Shown: piece by piece, positions 10,532-23,724 of the stretch
Numbering within the stretch: the first letter of the stretch is position 1
Layout of the letters: each line of letters begins with the position of its first letter
NCBI GenBank assembly: GCA_964187785.1
Contig: CAXLNC010001113.1
Location: forward strand, 1 to 64,000
Source: Amphiscolops sp. MND2022
Taxonomy: Eukaryota
Length of the DNA: 64,000 nucleotides
Reading direction: 5' to 3'
Made by a program: the position numbers and the translations under genes
Notes under the pieces: model-generated
Told to the model about the DNA's origin: nothing
The model's database searches: none
The model's input: only the letters and a program-made list of their open reading frames with translations

Positions 10532-10662
10532 TGCTAGAGACCATGCTCCCCCAGCTTCACTTCCCAGCTTGACCGACGATAAGCTTGAGCTTGGTGGCCA
10601 CACCTTGGCTCAAGCTTCGCTGAGCTTGATGCAAAAGGCAAGCTTGCTTTCTCTCCTTAGCA
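10532..10662 (+). repeat. 3' LTR of AGCT element copy 1
   Basis: Direct repeat of 3219-3349. Confidence 0.9.
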
Positions 10663-11674
10663 AATTTCCATATCGGTTTCGTATCGTCGATATGGGGTTG
10701 ATTGCCGCGACCCTGTTTGCCGACACTGTTTCCAAACAGTTTAAATGGCGATATGTTTAAACCATTTCGTTCTCATAGACGTTTGCTCGGTTGATATTCT
10801 GGTTGCGTGCTTGAGGATTATCACACAAGTTTTAAAGGGAATTCCCTCAGAGAGACGCATCTATGAGAGCGATCTGGTCGGACAAACAAAATTCCTCTCA
10901 TGGGGTGTCTCAAAAATTTAAACGCACCAGACGCCTTAAAATGACCTCAAAAAAACAAAATAACCTCGCGAGGGTATTTTTGTGCTTGTTCTAAAGGGTA
11001 CCTTTGGAGGGTCTTGCAAAAAATAACCTCAGAGATGAAAATAGAAACAAGTTTTGAGGCACAAATATTAGATATTTTCGAAGCCCCTGCGACCATGACC
11101 CCCCGACAAGAAATTTCAAAAACTTTAAATTCTTCAAAAATTCCCTAAAAATACTTAACGTTTACTTTTAGGGAACGAGCGTTTACTTTTGGGGATAATC
11201 GGGGTTTTCGGTTTTTTTTTTAGATTTTTTTCTTTTTTTGTTGCTGGGGGGTTTTCGGACTCCGTGGGTCGGGGGGCCCCGTAGGAATTTTCGAAATAAG
11301 TTTTGAGGCAAAAATAGCCTCAAAGATTCTCAGACAAACCATACGGACCCCTGATCCAAGCCTGCAGGCTAACCAGCCCCAGTTGTTTGTTTATAACTGG
11401 GCTCTCGCCAGCTGTGCTGCTCAAAAGAACATGCACAACACATAAGCAGCAACATCAGACCGGAGCAAACAGATGCTCCGCCTCTTCCCTGTCCTTTACT
11501 TAGTCAAGAAAACGCTTCTGCAGAAATGCGAGGGGACTTTGTCTAGGAGTCTCGGAAACGGGGTCCGCCAAAAAACGGTGTCCGCAATCGATATCCATAT
11601 CGACGATGCGTTACACGAGAGCAGTCCCAGAAATTCAAGGTGATGAAATTTTTCAGAAACCTTGGGAGTGAATT

Positions 11675-11884
11675 AACAGTGTGCAAACTAGGTGCATTGT
11701 AAAAGGCGAGGGTCAGAAAAGTCTGCTTTTCTGGCGATTTTCTGGGGGTTTTTGATTTTCTCAGGATCGCCTGTTCTCCAGGAATTCCACAAGAAAACCT
11801 TTAAATTTAATAAAATCCCCGATTTTTACAAACGCCCCTTGTAAAACCGCTTGTCTTTACAATGCACCCAGTATGCACACTGTT
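11675..11884. mobile_element. MITE-like element with about 29-bp inverted termini
   Basis: AACAGTGTGCAAACTAGGTGCATTGTAAA versus the reverse complement of the right end AACAGTGTGCATACTGGGTGCATTGTAAA (2 mismatches); no clear TSD. Confidence 0.6.
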
Positions 11885-12359
11885 GAGTGAAAACTGTCGT
11901 GGATTTTGGGGTGGCAAATTTTGTGCGAATTTTCCCCAGTAAAAATAGGTTTTAAATTTGTCACCGAAAAAACGTCACCACATTCTTCACTGCAAGAATC
12001 AGAAAACTCGAGAAGGCTGTGGCTGTTTCTGGGGTCTTTGCGGGAGTTCTGGAGGAAAGTTCCGGGAAAATTCCGGGAAAATTGCTGGAAAAATTTTCCC
12101 GAATCGCCAAATGCTACAAATTCTAGGATTTCGGGCACCGGGAAAGGCAAACCTGCCGGGAACCTTGGGTCCACACTGCCGGGACCTTGTCCCCACCTTC
12201 CGTGCAGGGTGTTTTTTGAAATCGACAGTTCCAGCCTTCTCGAGTTTTTCTGAAAGAAAAGAAATTTGTCACCTGGAACTCATGCTGGGAGCATCCTCGC
12301 CTAACGATGCGCGGGGTCGATACTGAAATTCCGTATCGGCTTTTCTCTTTGATTCTCTG

Positions 12360-12661
12360 CGTAGTGGCCTTCCACCCGCGGCCGCAAATCGCTAGCGATT
12401 TGGGTCGCAACGTCACCCGCAGCTTCAACCCGCACCGAAATCGCAACCAATTCCCGAGTGGGAACGAAATTTTGGCTTATGGCCGCAGATTCAAATCGCA
12501 GCCGGCCTCAACCCGCTGCGATTTGAGAATCGCAAGCCCAACCCGCCCCTTTTTACAGGTGATCTGAACTCCTCAAATCGCAAACCCGCAGGCCGCACTC
12601 GCAGAATTAGGGCCGCCAGGCGGCCGCAAATCGCAGAATCGCCGGCCACAAGGCCACTAAG
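12360..12661. mobile_element. Non-autonomous DNA transposon, CTTAG...CTAAG family, 8-bp TSD
   Basis: Termini CGTAGTGGCC/GGCCACTAAG; identical flanks ATTCTCTG at 12352-12359 and 12662-12669. Confidence 0.8.
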
Positions 12662-12859
12662 ATTCTCTGCAGTGGCGAGTCAGTTGAGGCGAAGTTTGGT
12701 CGTTAGCTTTGTAGGCATCCAGGCAGTCGATGCTGAATTTTCGTATCGGGTTCCTTTCGTCGATAGGGGAACCATTGCCGCGCCCCTGTTTGCCACCCCC
12801 GTTTCCGATTCTTGGATTGTCCGAACACATCTCCTGGTGCATTTTGCGGGGGATTGTTG

Positions 12860-13200
12860 GGCGGATTTTTTGGGGAGATTTTCCTAGGAGGGAACATCCA
12901 CCAAGAATCCACAACAAATAAAAAAAAAATTGGGAGCTTCACGGCCAAATTCCACATTGCAAGTACCTGCCCTTGATCATTTCCTTAACACGAATACAAT
13001 TTTGTGGATGCAGCTTCTGTGCTTACAGTTGGTTGTTGGGCAGATTTTTGGGGGGAGATTATCCTAGGAGGAAAACATGCACCCCAAAAATCCAGAGCAA
13101 ATTTCATTGACATCATAATTTGGGAGCTTCACGGCCAAATTCCACATTGCAAGTACCTGCCCTTGATCTTGTCCTTAACATGAATATGATTTTGTGTGGA
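12860..13200. repeat. Local tandem duplication with about 190-bp period
   Basis: An identical 49-bp core lies at 12930-12978 and 13120-13168, with similar flanks. Confidence 0.7.
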
Positions 13201-14700
13201 CATCTGGACTCGTGAAACTTCTGATGATCGCAAACAGAGTGTTGCATGATCTGCTTGTAGTCTGCTTGTGTGTATGTGTGTGTGTGTGTGTGTGCGCGCT
13301 TCTGATGATTGGAAACAGAGTGTTGCATGATCTGCTTGTGGTGTGTGTGTATGTATATGTATATATATATATATGTGTGTGTGGGCGCGAGCGTGCTTGC
13401 ATGCCTGAACATTGCAAGTAGCAGACAAAGATCAGCCCCAGGCTTTGTGACCCAAGCTAATATTAGAGGCAGGAAAAAAGCACATAAACTGAACATTTTG
13501 TGGCCAAAGATGGCCCGTTTGGGACCCCTTTAATTTGACCCCAAAACCCCCCCAAAAAAGTTTATGTGGGTCCCTTGTTGGCGTTCTTTCCCAGGAAATG
13601 AGGCACATAAACTCTTTTCCCAGGATTGGGGTTTTAGGGTGGGGGCCAAAAAGTTTATGTTGAAAAAGTTTCTTGTTCTTTTCAGTCCCCAAGTTATTTT
13701 GAACCTTTCAATTGAGTGATGGACATCAATGCCTGCCAGGCTGGATGTCCGTGGCCCTCACCAAAGCTCTTGATCCTGGATGTCCGCCGCATAACCTCTG
13801 GATGTCCACAGGTCGATCCGGCGCTGCATCTTCGATTTGGCCTCTTTTCCCCCGCGCACACACACACATTAAATGTCTCCTGTTGGGCCCTTCTCTTCAT
13901 CGCCCACGAAGCCCGAATCGAAGCCTAGTAAGCTCCTTTTTTAACGCACTGCTCAGCTCGGTGCATGAAAAATCCTTATAATTAGAGTCTTGTTAGGGCC
14001 CCTGCCGCCAAGCAGCACCCCTCCACCAGATTCTTGCCATGAAGGCCCATGCAATGACAGTCATAATCAAGTCTCCACCGCAACCCAATTCTGTCATAAG
14101 ACATGACGACCGCGGTTGTGACATGTTTGAACGGCGCTTTACGACGCTTTGTGTACCGTTGCAGCCGAGACGACTACAGAATTGATTCGTTTTGAGCCCA
14201 AAATCTGTATCTGTAGTGGAAATTCATTGGAATTCAAGAGAGAATCTGTATCTGTAATGAGAGATTGTCTGCAGACATTCTCCCACAGATCTGTATCTGT
14301 AATAGACATTAATTCTTCTTGCAGCACGATTCTGTCTCAGTTATTGGGAAAATTCCCCCCAGCGAAAGTGTCTATCTGTAATCAAGTTGGATTCTACGGT
14401 ATGTCGGGTTTATAATGCATGAAGAGAGCGTCGGAGATTGTCATTGCTGTTGCTGTTATGTCAAAGAGTTTTGGCCAACAATGACGTGTCCTCTTTGAGG
14501 TGGCCACCTTGGTCTTTCCTGCGGCAACCTACCCAAGGCAAATCCCAGTGAATCCACTCACAAGCTCTCAGGCTTCCATGGAGAAGCGGAAGAAAACAGC
14601 ACCTCTCAAGAAGACACTCACCGTCAGCTCCACGCCCATCCACCCCTCTCGGCTCCTCGGCCCACAGAGTTAGTACTAAGAGGCCCCAACAAGAGCACAT

Positions 14701-14810
14701 CTATCATCATCTACCATCTATCATCTATCATCTATCATCTATCATCATCATCATCATCTACATCATCTACATCATCTATCATCTACATCATCTATCATCT
14801 ACATCATCTA
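14701..14810. repeat. (ATC/ATCT)n microsatellite running into an assembly gap
   Basis: Direct reading of the sequence. Confidence 0.9.
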
Positions 14811-14994
14811 NNNNNNNNNNNNNNNNNNNNNNNNNNNNNNNNNNNNNNNNNNNNNNNNNNNNNNNNNNNNNNNNNNNNNNNNNNNNNNNNNNNNNNNNNN
14901 NNNNNNNNNNNNNNNNNNNNNNNNNNNNNNNNNNNNNNNNNNNNNNNNNNNNNNNNNNNNNNNNNNNNNNNNNNNNNNNNNNNNNNNNNNNNNN
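14811..14994. other. Assembly gap
   Basis: N run. Confidence 1.
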
Positions 14995-16369
14995 ATCCTG
15001 ATCCATTCCTGCTCCTCCTTCCTCTCATTTCTCATGAAGAATCCACCCCAACTGCCCTTCTCCTCGGGCCCGCATGAGCAACAGGGTTTTCCCCTCTATG
15101 TCGGTTAGAAGAGGTCGTAGAGAAACGGGGGCTCCGCAACAAACACAAGGTTGAAGAGAATATCTGTGGAGCAAGCCTATGACCATCATGATGCGCTCTC
15201 ATCAGCTCCAAGCTGTGTTGTTGGGGGCAGCTGGCGACCGAGGCTTTTTCTAAATGATGGTTTCCAAACAATATTTCGAGCTGCGTGGGGGATACCCTCA
15301 AATTCCTCTACCCCCCTTCAAACCCGATTAAAACCCTGCATTCCTCTACCCCCCTTCAAACTCGATTAACAACCCCTTTCTACCACTGAAGTTTACCTCT
15401 TTAAACCTCTTGTTTCTCCCGACAACAAATCAAATACCTCCCTGGGAGATATTTTGCGCAATTCTGAAGGGATTGTCCGACCTATAAATGTTCAGGAACG
15501 GAGGACTTTTTCTCCAAGAAATACGCCCAAAAGCGCAAACAAAATGCAGAATATGTATTTTTGAAACGTGTTTATAAGTAACATGTCTTGATCGGTGCGG
15601 TGGGTACCTCAATCTAGCTTCTGCTTCGTCAGGCATCTCGTACCACGTTCTTTGAAACCACGGTTTACAGAACACCATGGGGCGCAGCATGGCAAGAGAA
15701 AATGCTAGCACTGCAGATGCATGCACAAGGATAGCCGCATCCCCACTTGTCTCTGCAAGTCACACCAATATCAATGGGTGGGAGGCCACAGCTGAGATGA
15801 GGCTACTCAGCCACATCACAATCCACAGAGGCTACGAACCCCTCACTGTACACTCTGCATGCACTGTACATGAGAGATAGCAAATTCACAAACTTAGTCT
15901 AACAAAACACGACCTGCAGACGTGAGCAAACTGTTCCACTTGCGCTGCCAAGCCAATCTCTCGCCCACTCCCCCCCCCACAGAATCTTGGGAGGAGTTTC
16001 AGGAGAATGTAAAGTTCTAATCTTTTTGATGGTCTGATCTTTTTACTCGCATGCTCTGTGCATGTTGTCCGCGGACGATTCTGGGCGATTTCTACAGCAT
16101 CCCAGAAAGTCGCCCAAATCGTCGGCGGACAACATGCACAGAGCATGCGAGTAAAAAGATCAGACCTTCGAAAATATGAGAACTTTACATTCTTCTGAAA
16201 GGTGTTTTTCTAGACCGAGCAAATGCCCGGCGACGCCCGGAGAACCCCTGAAAAGCAGACTGTGGGTACTGTGACAGCACATCACAAAATACTAACCCTG
16301 CAAGCACTTTCGAGCTCTCTCAATGCCAATACTGCAAAGAGACTCTGCTTGAGCCGAGGAAAGGGTACC

Positions 16370-16607
16370 CCCTGTCGCGCTACACGTGTCGCGCTACACG
16401 TGTCGCAGCTGATTTCCTGGATTTTATAGCGTTTTGCAGGTGTAGCACCGGTGTCGCGCTACACCCCCTAAAAATTCTGGTGTCGCACCTCCCCCCCCCT
16501 CTGCCGGGAGGTGTCGCACCGAATTTGGTTGTCTGAAAAGGTGTCGCGCTACAGGGGGGTGTGTCGCAGCTACAGTTGCGGGTGTCGCGCTACACTGTGC
16601 AACTAAG
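16370..16607. repeat. One end of a CTTAG-family element with clustered TGTCGCGCTACA motifs
   Basis: Ends in TGTGCAACTAAG (one mismatch to the terminus at 62355-62366); partner terminus not found. Confidence 0.5.
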
Positions 16608-19600
16608 GCCCCCAGAACGGCTGCGTCCATTTGCACATTATAGATTTTTCTGATTGTTGCTATCGACACTTCAGCGGCCTCAATTCAAAGCCGCCCTGAC
16701 CCTGCGAAAAACGCTCCCTGTAAGACCAACTCATACGTTCTAATACGGGGCCAAATTTTATACACCCCCCCCCCACCCCTGAAAAGACCCTTCCAGGGGT
16801 GGGGGGTGTATAAAAGAGGGGGGGGCGTATAAAATTCCTGCCGCGGGGGCTTCAAAATATACACCCCCCCCCCCCTTCCCCTGAAATTCCTTTCTGGCCA
16901 AAATGGGGGGAGGGGGGGGGGGGCGTGTATAATTTTTCCCTGGATCTAAAATTGCACCTTCGGCCCTCAAAATCACTATATCATTCGGATCAGGCCAAAC
17001 CTCGGTCGTGCAGACTTCGGTCTTGGAGAATTTGCAGTGCCCTCCAAGAAGTGACTTTTGCGCAGATTTTGCTGCCTTAGGGTGCACACCAAGGGAGTCA
17101 TGCAATAAAACGCGACTCTTAGAAGGGTTCTTAGAAGGTTCTCTAACAGAAAATGCTTCTTAGAAGGGTTCTTAGAAGGCGCCTGTTAGGGTTTGCATTA
17201 AAGACAAGGTTCTTCGAAGGGTTCTTAGAAGGGTTCTTAGAAGGGAGAGTTTGACAGAAGGCGCTTTGAAGGTGCTTAGAAGGCAGAAGCACGTCCTTTC
17301 GCAGAGTACGACACCTTTTTCGCAGAGTCATGGAAAGAGACGCAATAGTTCACACAAGGTGACGATATAGGTCGCAAAAGACAACGCAATAGTTCCCATA
17401 AAGAGCCGGTTGCGAAGCACTTCCCCTCGTTTTTCAGGGTTTCGAGGTCTAACTATTGCGCAAAGGTTGCACAACAATTGAACGTATAGCTGAACTATTG
17501 TGTGTAATTTTATTGCGCGCAACTATTGCGCCTCTTTCCACGACCTCCGGGATGATGGCATCTTCCCTAGCTCCTCTCATGCTATCGGAGAAAGCAAAGC
17601 TGAAACGAAGGGCTTCCTTTCAAGAACAATGGAAATTTTTATAAAGAATGTCATGTATCGCAGCAACAAAAGCCTAGTAAATCAACACAATCATGGAACA
17701 TTGCAAGTCTCCTAGTGCTGCGAATTGCCGTTGTGCAATCTAGATCCGACCCAGAGATATATTTTTCGACGACTCAAGCATCAGAAAACCCAGACAAATG
17801 TCCACACAGAGAGTTTGTCCCCAAAAATTGGTTGTATCACCCTCCCTCTGAGTCTCAATCGGACCACAACGTCGAAAACTGTGCAAAAAAGAGCCCTCAA
17901 ATTGCGGCATCTTTCAAAAGTGACTTGAGAAGGACTACAGAACAAGCACATCTCTTAAGTGCATGTTTAGCTGGTAATTGTTTGGAAAGATGGTCAGAAG
18001 AAAGATCTGGACCCACTGATGAGCGAGGTTAATGTTTTCTTATAGGGCCTGCGTAGCTTTGCTTTGGGACATCAACTAGTTTCTTGAAACCTTGTTTGAG
18101 TAACATGACATTGTTGAATCACTACCATTGTTGTTGATATTCCTGGGCCTGCAACCCCATCTACAGCTCACAACAGATTCCAAATCAATCATCAGAGCAT
18201 TACGACCCTGCCCACCTGCTAGAGTTCCGCCGCCCCAACCAGGAAAAAAATGGGAATCCAGAAAATTGGGAAAATTAGCCGAAAAACATTTAAATATCTC
18301 CACTGGCACCGGGGCCCGAAACCCCCTCTCTAGCAGGCGGGCAGGTTCGAAACAGGGAAAATTAGCCGAAAAAAGGTTCGCAACACTGGAGATTTGTATG
18401 GACAATATTGGCTTCGTCCTTCTCCAGAACAAGAAAAGGGAATTCCGTGAAAGTGGAAATCGTGCTTTAGAAAGCGTGCTTTAGTCAAGGCAATTTCTAA
18501 GGCTCTTCAATGCCTTTTCCTATATCGGGCGCCGGAGCCCGGAATGGGGTCAACTAAAGCCAGTGACGTTAAACCCAGTCAGCCGTATTTTCCGCATTTT
18601 CCGCGTTTTCGTGTCCACATTTTCCGCATTTCCGCGTTTTCTGCGTTTTTGCTCCGTGGAGCCTCCTCAGACCCTTGTTTTTGTAGGAGGGGCTTCCGCA
18701 TTTTCCGCATTTTCCTGTATCGGGTTCGAATCGCTGATTTCAAAAATCTGACTGACCGGCTTTGTTACGACCGGCCTTTGTTTGGTGACACATGATGGGA
18801 ACCCCTCTCTAGCAGGCGGGCAGATTCGCAACACTAGAGATTTGTGAGTGTCAGGTCAAGGGAGCTGAAACGGGCTGGCTCTGTTTGCTTGTATAAAAGA
18901 GAGGGTTTCAGCATACTACCATTGGGCCTTCTAGGGTTACTCGATGACTTCCCCAAGTTTCAAGGGTTTGTAAACTGTGGTTTCCAAACCGTGGTTCGAG
19001 ATTGCCGGCTGAGCAGAGGTTAAATTGAGGTGAAGAAGAGGTTAAAAAGAGGTAAAATCGAGGTAAAACAGAGGTAAAATTGAGGCCAAATTGAGGTTTA
19101 AACGGGGTGCCAGAATTTGCTGTCCGGACTAAACTCGAACCACCGTTTGGAAACCACCGTTTACACACCCTTGGAAGTTTTCAGGTGTAGCCGAGGTGAA
19201 ACTTCTTACGCTAGTTACAGTCAGCTCTGGCAGAGTTATCTAAATACAGGTTTCAGGCCAAAGTCGGTAAATAATTACCTAAACAATTCCCAGAACCACT
19301 TCCGGTCAGTAAATTGGATGTCGGCAAGTTTGCATTCTGAAATACTGCAAACACTCTGCAAGCCAGAAATTACCTCAAATATTTTCAGGGAGGGTCAAAG
19401 TTGGTAATTTATTACCTGATGAATGTGCTGAAATAATAGAAGTCCGGTCGGTAATTTTGGCGGTGCGGACTGTGACTCCCTGAGAATTTTATTCGTGCAA
19501 AGATGGTGTTATCTTTCCTACGAGAGACAAGACAAGAAGGTGTAATTTTTCGTGGGGCTAATGCTTGTTAAATCCCCAGAAAATAGTTGGTGTAATCGGC

Positions 19601-22454
19601 GGTGTAATGATTACACTCATTAAATACAGAAAAATGAAATGGGGAAGTGTAACCAAAGAATTCAAGGTGTACCTACAAAAATCTCCATATACCAAACCAA
19701 AACTGTTGCCGTTCTCAGACAACAAGGGGCACAACAAGGGGCACGATAAGGGGCACCACAATGTCTGCAATAAGGGGTCTGATGCAACGACAGGCAACTT
19801 CAAAAAGATGAGCCAGCTGCTCAACAAGTTCCTAAAATGTCACGGAGTGCAGAGGTTGCACCAAATTTATACACCCCTCCACGGCTGAAAATACCCTCTA
19901 GGGTGCCGGGGTTTATAAAAATGCCTGATGGCCAAAATCAAGGCGGTGGGGGGAGGGGGGGGGGGGGTTATAGTTTCCCCCTGGAGCGGAGGGCAAAGAC
20001 CCTCAAATTTGTGGTTTGCCAGTGTTTCAGGGAAAGAGACAAAGGTCACTTCAAATTTAGAGCCCCTACGATCTCTAAGCTCTTCATCCTCTCCCTCTTT
20101 TTCTGCACGCTGGGGGTCACTGGAATCTCTAGATCTTTCGAGTCTCTCAAGGATTATATGGATGGATGGACCCTCTGGAAAGGATCCCTGTATCCGAATC
20201 CGATCACTTTGCTGAAGTTGGGCCTCGAAGAACACATGGGACCTGTCAAGCTCAGATCTTTCAGGGCAATGGAGTTGGGGGAACATAACTTGCCCCTTCT
20301 GCAAAAACACGCATTCGGTTGTTTCATCACGCTACGTTCCCTCAAGAGGGATCGAGGCATCGCGTTTTAATCATAGGGTTTTAGTGGTGGTAGTTTTGAG
20401 GCTTCAACCGCCTACTAAACCAGAGATTTCGATGCTTCAAGGACAAGGTCCGAGCTTCGAGTCTGAAGACCTTTTCGGAACGATCCTTGCTCTTGGGTCT
20501 TGGAATCCAGGACAAGGGCAGAACACTGTTTCGGGAGTGCTGTTTCGACAGAGAGATCACTGAGTTCTGCGCTCAACTCGCTGCGTGAGTTCTGCGAGAA
20601 ACTCGGTGAGTTCGCTCTGGCACACGACTAGTAGGCTGAGAGGAACTCACTGAGTTCTCCCCCCAATTAGCCAAAAAAAATCACTGAGTACTGTTCGGCC
20701 CGTCTCTGAGGATTGGTTGGTCTCTCCATAGACACTGAAGCCTCCCTTCACTTGGAGATCCCCTCTGCCCGTTAATAGGACCCTTGTTGTCTCTCCTTCA
20801 CTTGTTTCCTGTCTTCATTCTCAGTGTTGTCAACAGCCTTGCAAATCTTTAGCGTGGCTACCCCTGCAGAGCCTCGCGGTGAAAAAATGTTTTTTTTGTG
20901 CAAATTTTGGGCCGCGAAAAAACTTTTAAAATTTGTTGAAAAATGCCGGTGAAATATTTTTAAGCGACCTGAGAGGGGCTAAAATGTTTTCAAACACGTT
21001 TCGGATCGTTTTTCGGATCTTTTTTCGCGTTTTTCAAACTGATTTAAAAGTTTTTCAGGGGCAGTTTCGTTCTGCAGACATGCCGCCCTAACAAATCTAC
21101 ATGGTCATGATTTGCAACTGAGCGCGTCTGTGAGAGCTCGTTGGCACCTACGGCGCCGCTCTAAGACATCGGGGTCCCGCGGCTCCTTCTTCAAGGAATC
21201 ATCCAGGTCCTTGTTTGTGGACAGTAGCGGCGAGTAGCCCTCCCCCACCAAGAGACTTTGCTCCAAAACTGGCCCCAACGCACAGGTTGCAAAGTTGCGT
21301 TTGGTCATTGCACCATACTGTCACTCACCACTGTGACCAAGAGCATTTTTGGAAGTCATTTAAGAACCCCTGCCCTTAAAAAACTAGAAGTTTAGTTTTA
21401 AAAATCTGTCGTTCTTTTAGTAAAACGCGAAAATGGATTTACTAAAATGCTCTTCTCCTTATTTCTCCAGGGTTTTCTGTCCAGGGGCGGGTTTTAGTAA
21501 ATCCATTTTCGAGCTTTACTAAAATGACCGATTTTTAGACATTGTTCTCGGGATTGTCCCGGGATTTTCTGGGGGATTTGTTTGTGTGCTTTTTCTTCCG
21601 CAAAAGGAGTGACCCCCCCAAAAAACACATAAGCTGATTTTTGCCACCCACCCAATCTCGGGACAATCCCCCAAATTTGTCTATCTTTACCATTAGGGAC
21701 GAAAACACTATCTAATTCATTCGCAACAGATTTAGGTAAGGTAATTTTGGCTAGGTAATGTATTGTTAATTCTCCTAGATTCTCCCAAACAAGTCCGTGG
21801 AAGCAAACTTTGGTCAGAAAGTATCGAAATATTTCTCTGAACAAGAAAATCCTCAGGTAGAGGTCTGCTAGTGAAGGAGACCCGCGCCCATTGACAATTA
21901 CACCCTGTAAGCCCATGCGCCCTAAATTTCGGGGGTGACCTTCCACCCCCTAAATTTAAGGGGCGGCCCTCCAAAAAACAGTGTAAAACAAGGGATTTCG
22001 GACACTCCACCCCTAAATTTGGGAGGTGAATCTAATTTAGGAGGTATGGGCTTACAGGACATACCTTCACCTCTGAGTGACAACTCAGCACTCACAAGCA
22101 CCATGCTTTCCGGTTGGCAGAATTCTCTTTCACCGATTTGAATCACAAATACACAAAATTGAGAAAGCAACTTCTGGCAAGCCAGCAGAGTAACTGATTA
22201 TTTTGGTGCGTAAGTTTTGCAACGCCCAAGTCGGTAGAACAAGTTGGTTAATAGGTCCACAACTTTTGACATCTTTTTCATTTGCTGATTTTCAAAATCC
22301 TTGTCTTGATGTTATTGGCACCGACCTGATTTGTGGGGGTTATTTCCCTTTTTCTTGAGGTGGTTTCTGGAGGTTATTTTTTAGAACCTCCGAATTTAGT
22401 TTTTTAGTTCAAAAATTCGAACGAGTAAATGCATGAATTTCTTGCTAGAAAATA

Positions 22455-22654
22455 NNNNNNNNNNNNNNNNNNNNNNNNNNNNNNNNNNNNNNNNNNNNNN
22501 NNNNNNNNNNNNNNNNNNNNNNNNNNNNNNNNNNNNNNNNNNNNNNNNNNNNNNNNNNNNNNNNNNNNNNNNNNNNNNNNNNNNNNNNNNNNNNNNNNNN
22601 NNNNNNNNNNNNNNNNNNNNNNNNNNNNNNNNNNNNNNNNNNNNNNNNNNNNNN
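22455..22654. other. Assembly gap
   Basis: N run. Confidence 1.
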
Positions 22655-23218
22655 ATTGAATAATAAGAGCAAGCAGAAGAAATTAAGAATAACAATATGG
22701 ACAATCATAATAATACTAATAATAATATTAATAGGAGAGGGATATGTTTAAGAAGATTAAGGCCAAAAAGCAGAGTAGACTGGGTACCCCCATTATACGC
22801 GGTATTGGCGGTTTAGGGGTTATTCGAATATTTGGGAATACTATGCACACAAAAAAATATCGACTTAAGGAAGGGTGTTCACTGAGACGATGAGGTATGT
22901 TATGTTGTATAAGCCCTAGATATATACCATGTTCGGTGCGCTATGGATATTGTAAGGGACCTGTTCATAAGATGATGGTGCATTTGAACAAAACTTAAAA
23001 TCAGAAAAAAAAACAACAAGATAAGGACAAGGGATCTGAAAGAAAGAAGAAAACAGAAACCCCAAAACAGAAAGGATTGATGAAAAATAAACATAAAATC
23101 TGATATTTTGATGTTGTTTTTCATGAAGCAAAAGCGAAGAAACAAGGTACAAAAAAATACAAAACCAAAGAAGCAAAACAAAACAAAAAAAGAAAGAAAA
23201 GAAGGACAGAAGAAAAAA

Positions 23219-23255
<37 letters not shown>

Positions 23256-23724
23256 AAAAGAGAAAGTGAAAAAGGGCCTGTTTTACAAACCTAGTTTAGA
23301 ATCTGCTGTTAGTTTGTTTTCAATGTTTTTTCGTTCCATTTTTTCGCCCTTGCTGGCCTTTCTTGTCGTATGTTTATTGTGTTTTCAATCCGCTTTCAGC
23401 CTTCTGATGCCATCTTATTGATTGTTTTAGCATGTTCATGGAAAGACACAAGAACATCTGCATTTTCCGTGATGTTAGTTTTGTTTGGAGTGTTTTTGGC
23501 ATCGGTTCACGCCATAAGCACCAGAAAAAATAGAAAATTGATAGTTCGGGAAACGGCCAAAAAGCAAATATTAAATAAATTGTTCGTGAGACAATTTTTG
23601 CGAAATTTGAGCCATTTTTCGGACCATTTTCGGACGATTCTCTGGGAAACTATTTTAAACCAACCCCAAAAAAGCAAATAATTAGATAGTTTTTTCGTGA
23701 GACAATTTGCGGCAATTTTTGGAG

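Larger units (their letters stand above)
3219..10662 (+). mobile_element. AGCT-rich non-autonomous copia-derived LTR retrotransposon, copy 1
   Basis: 131-bp direct repeats TGCTA...TAGCA (5 mismatches), PBS directly after the 5' LTR, polypurine tract directly before the 3' LTR, imperfect 5-bp TSD AATCT/AATTT, and internal gag-knuckle, protease, RT-like and RNase H-like coding sequence. Confidence 0.9.

Noticed and set aside
14788-15035. ORFs spanning N runs (also 22396-22708, 46512-47042, 53469-53780)
   Set aside because: Artefacts of assembly gaps.
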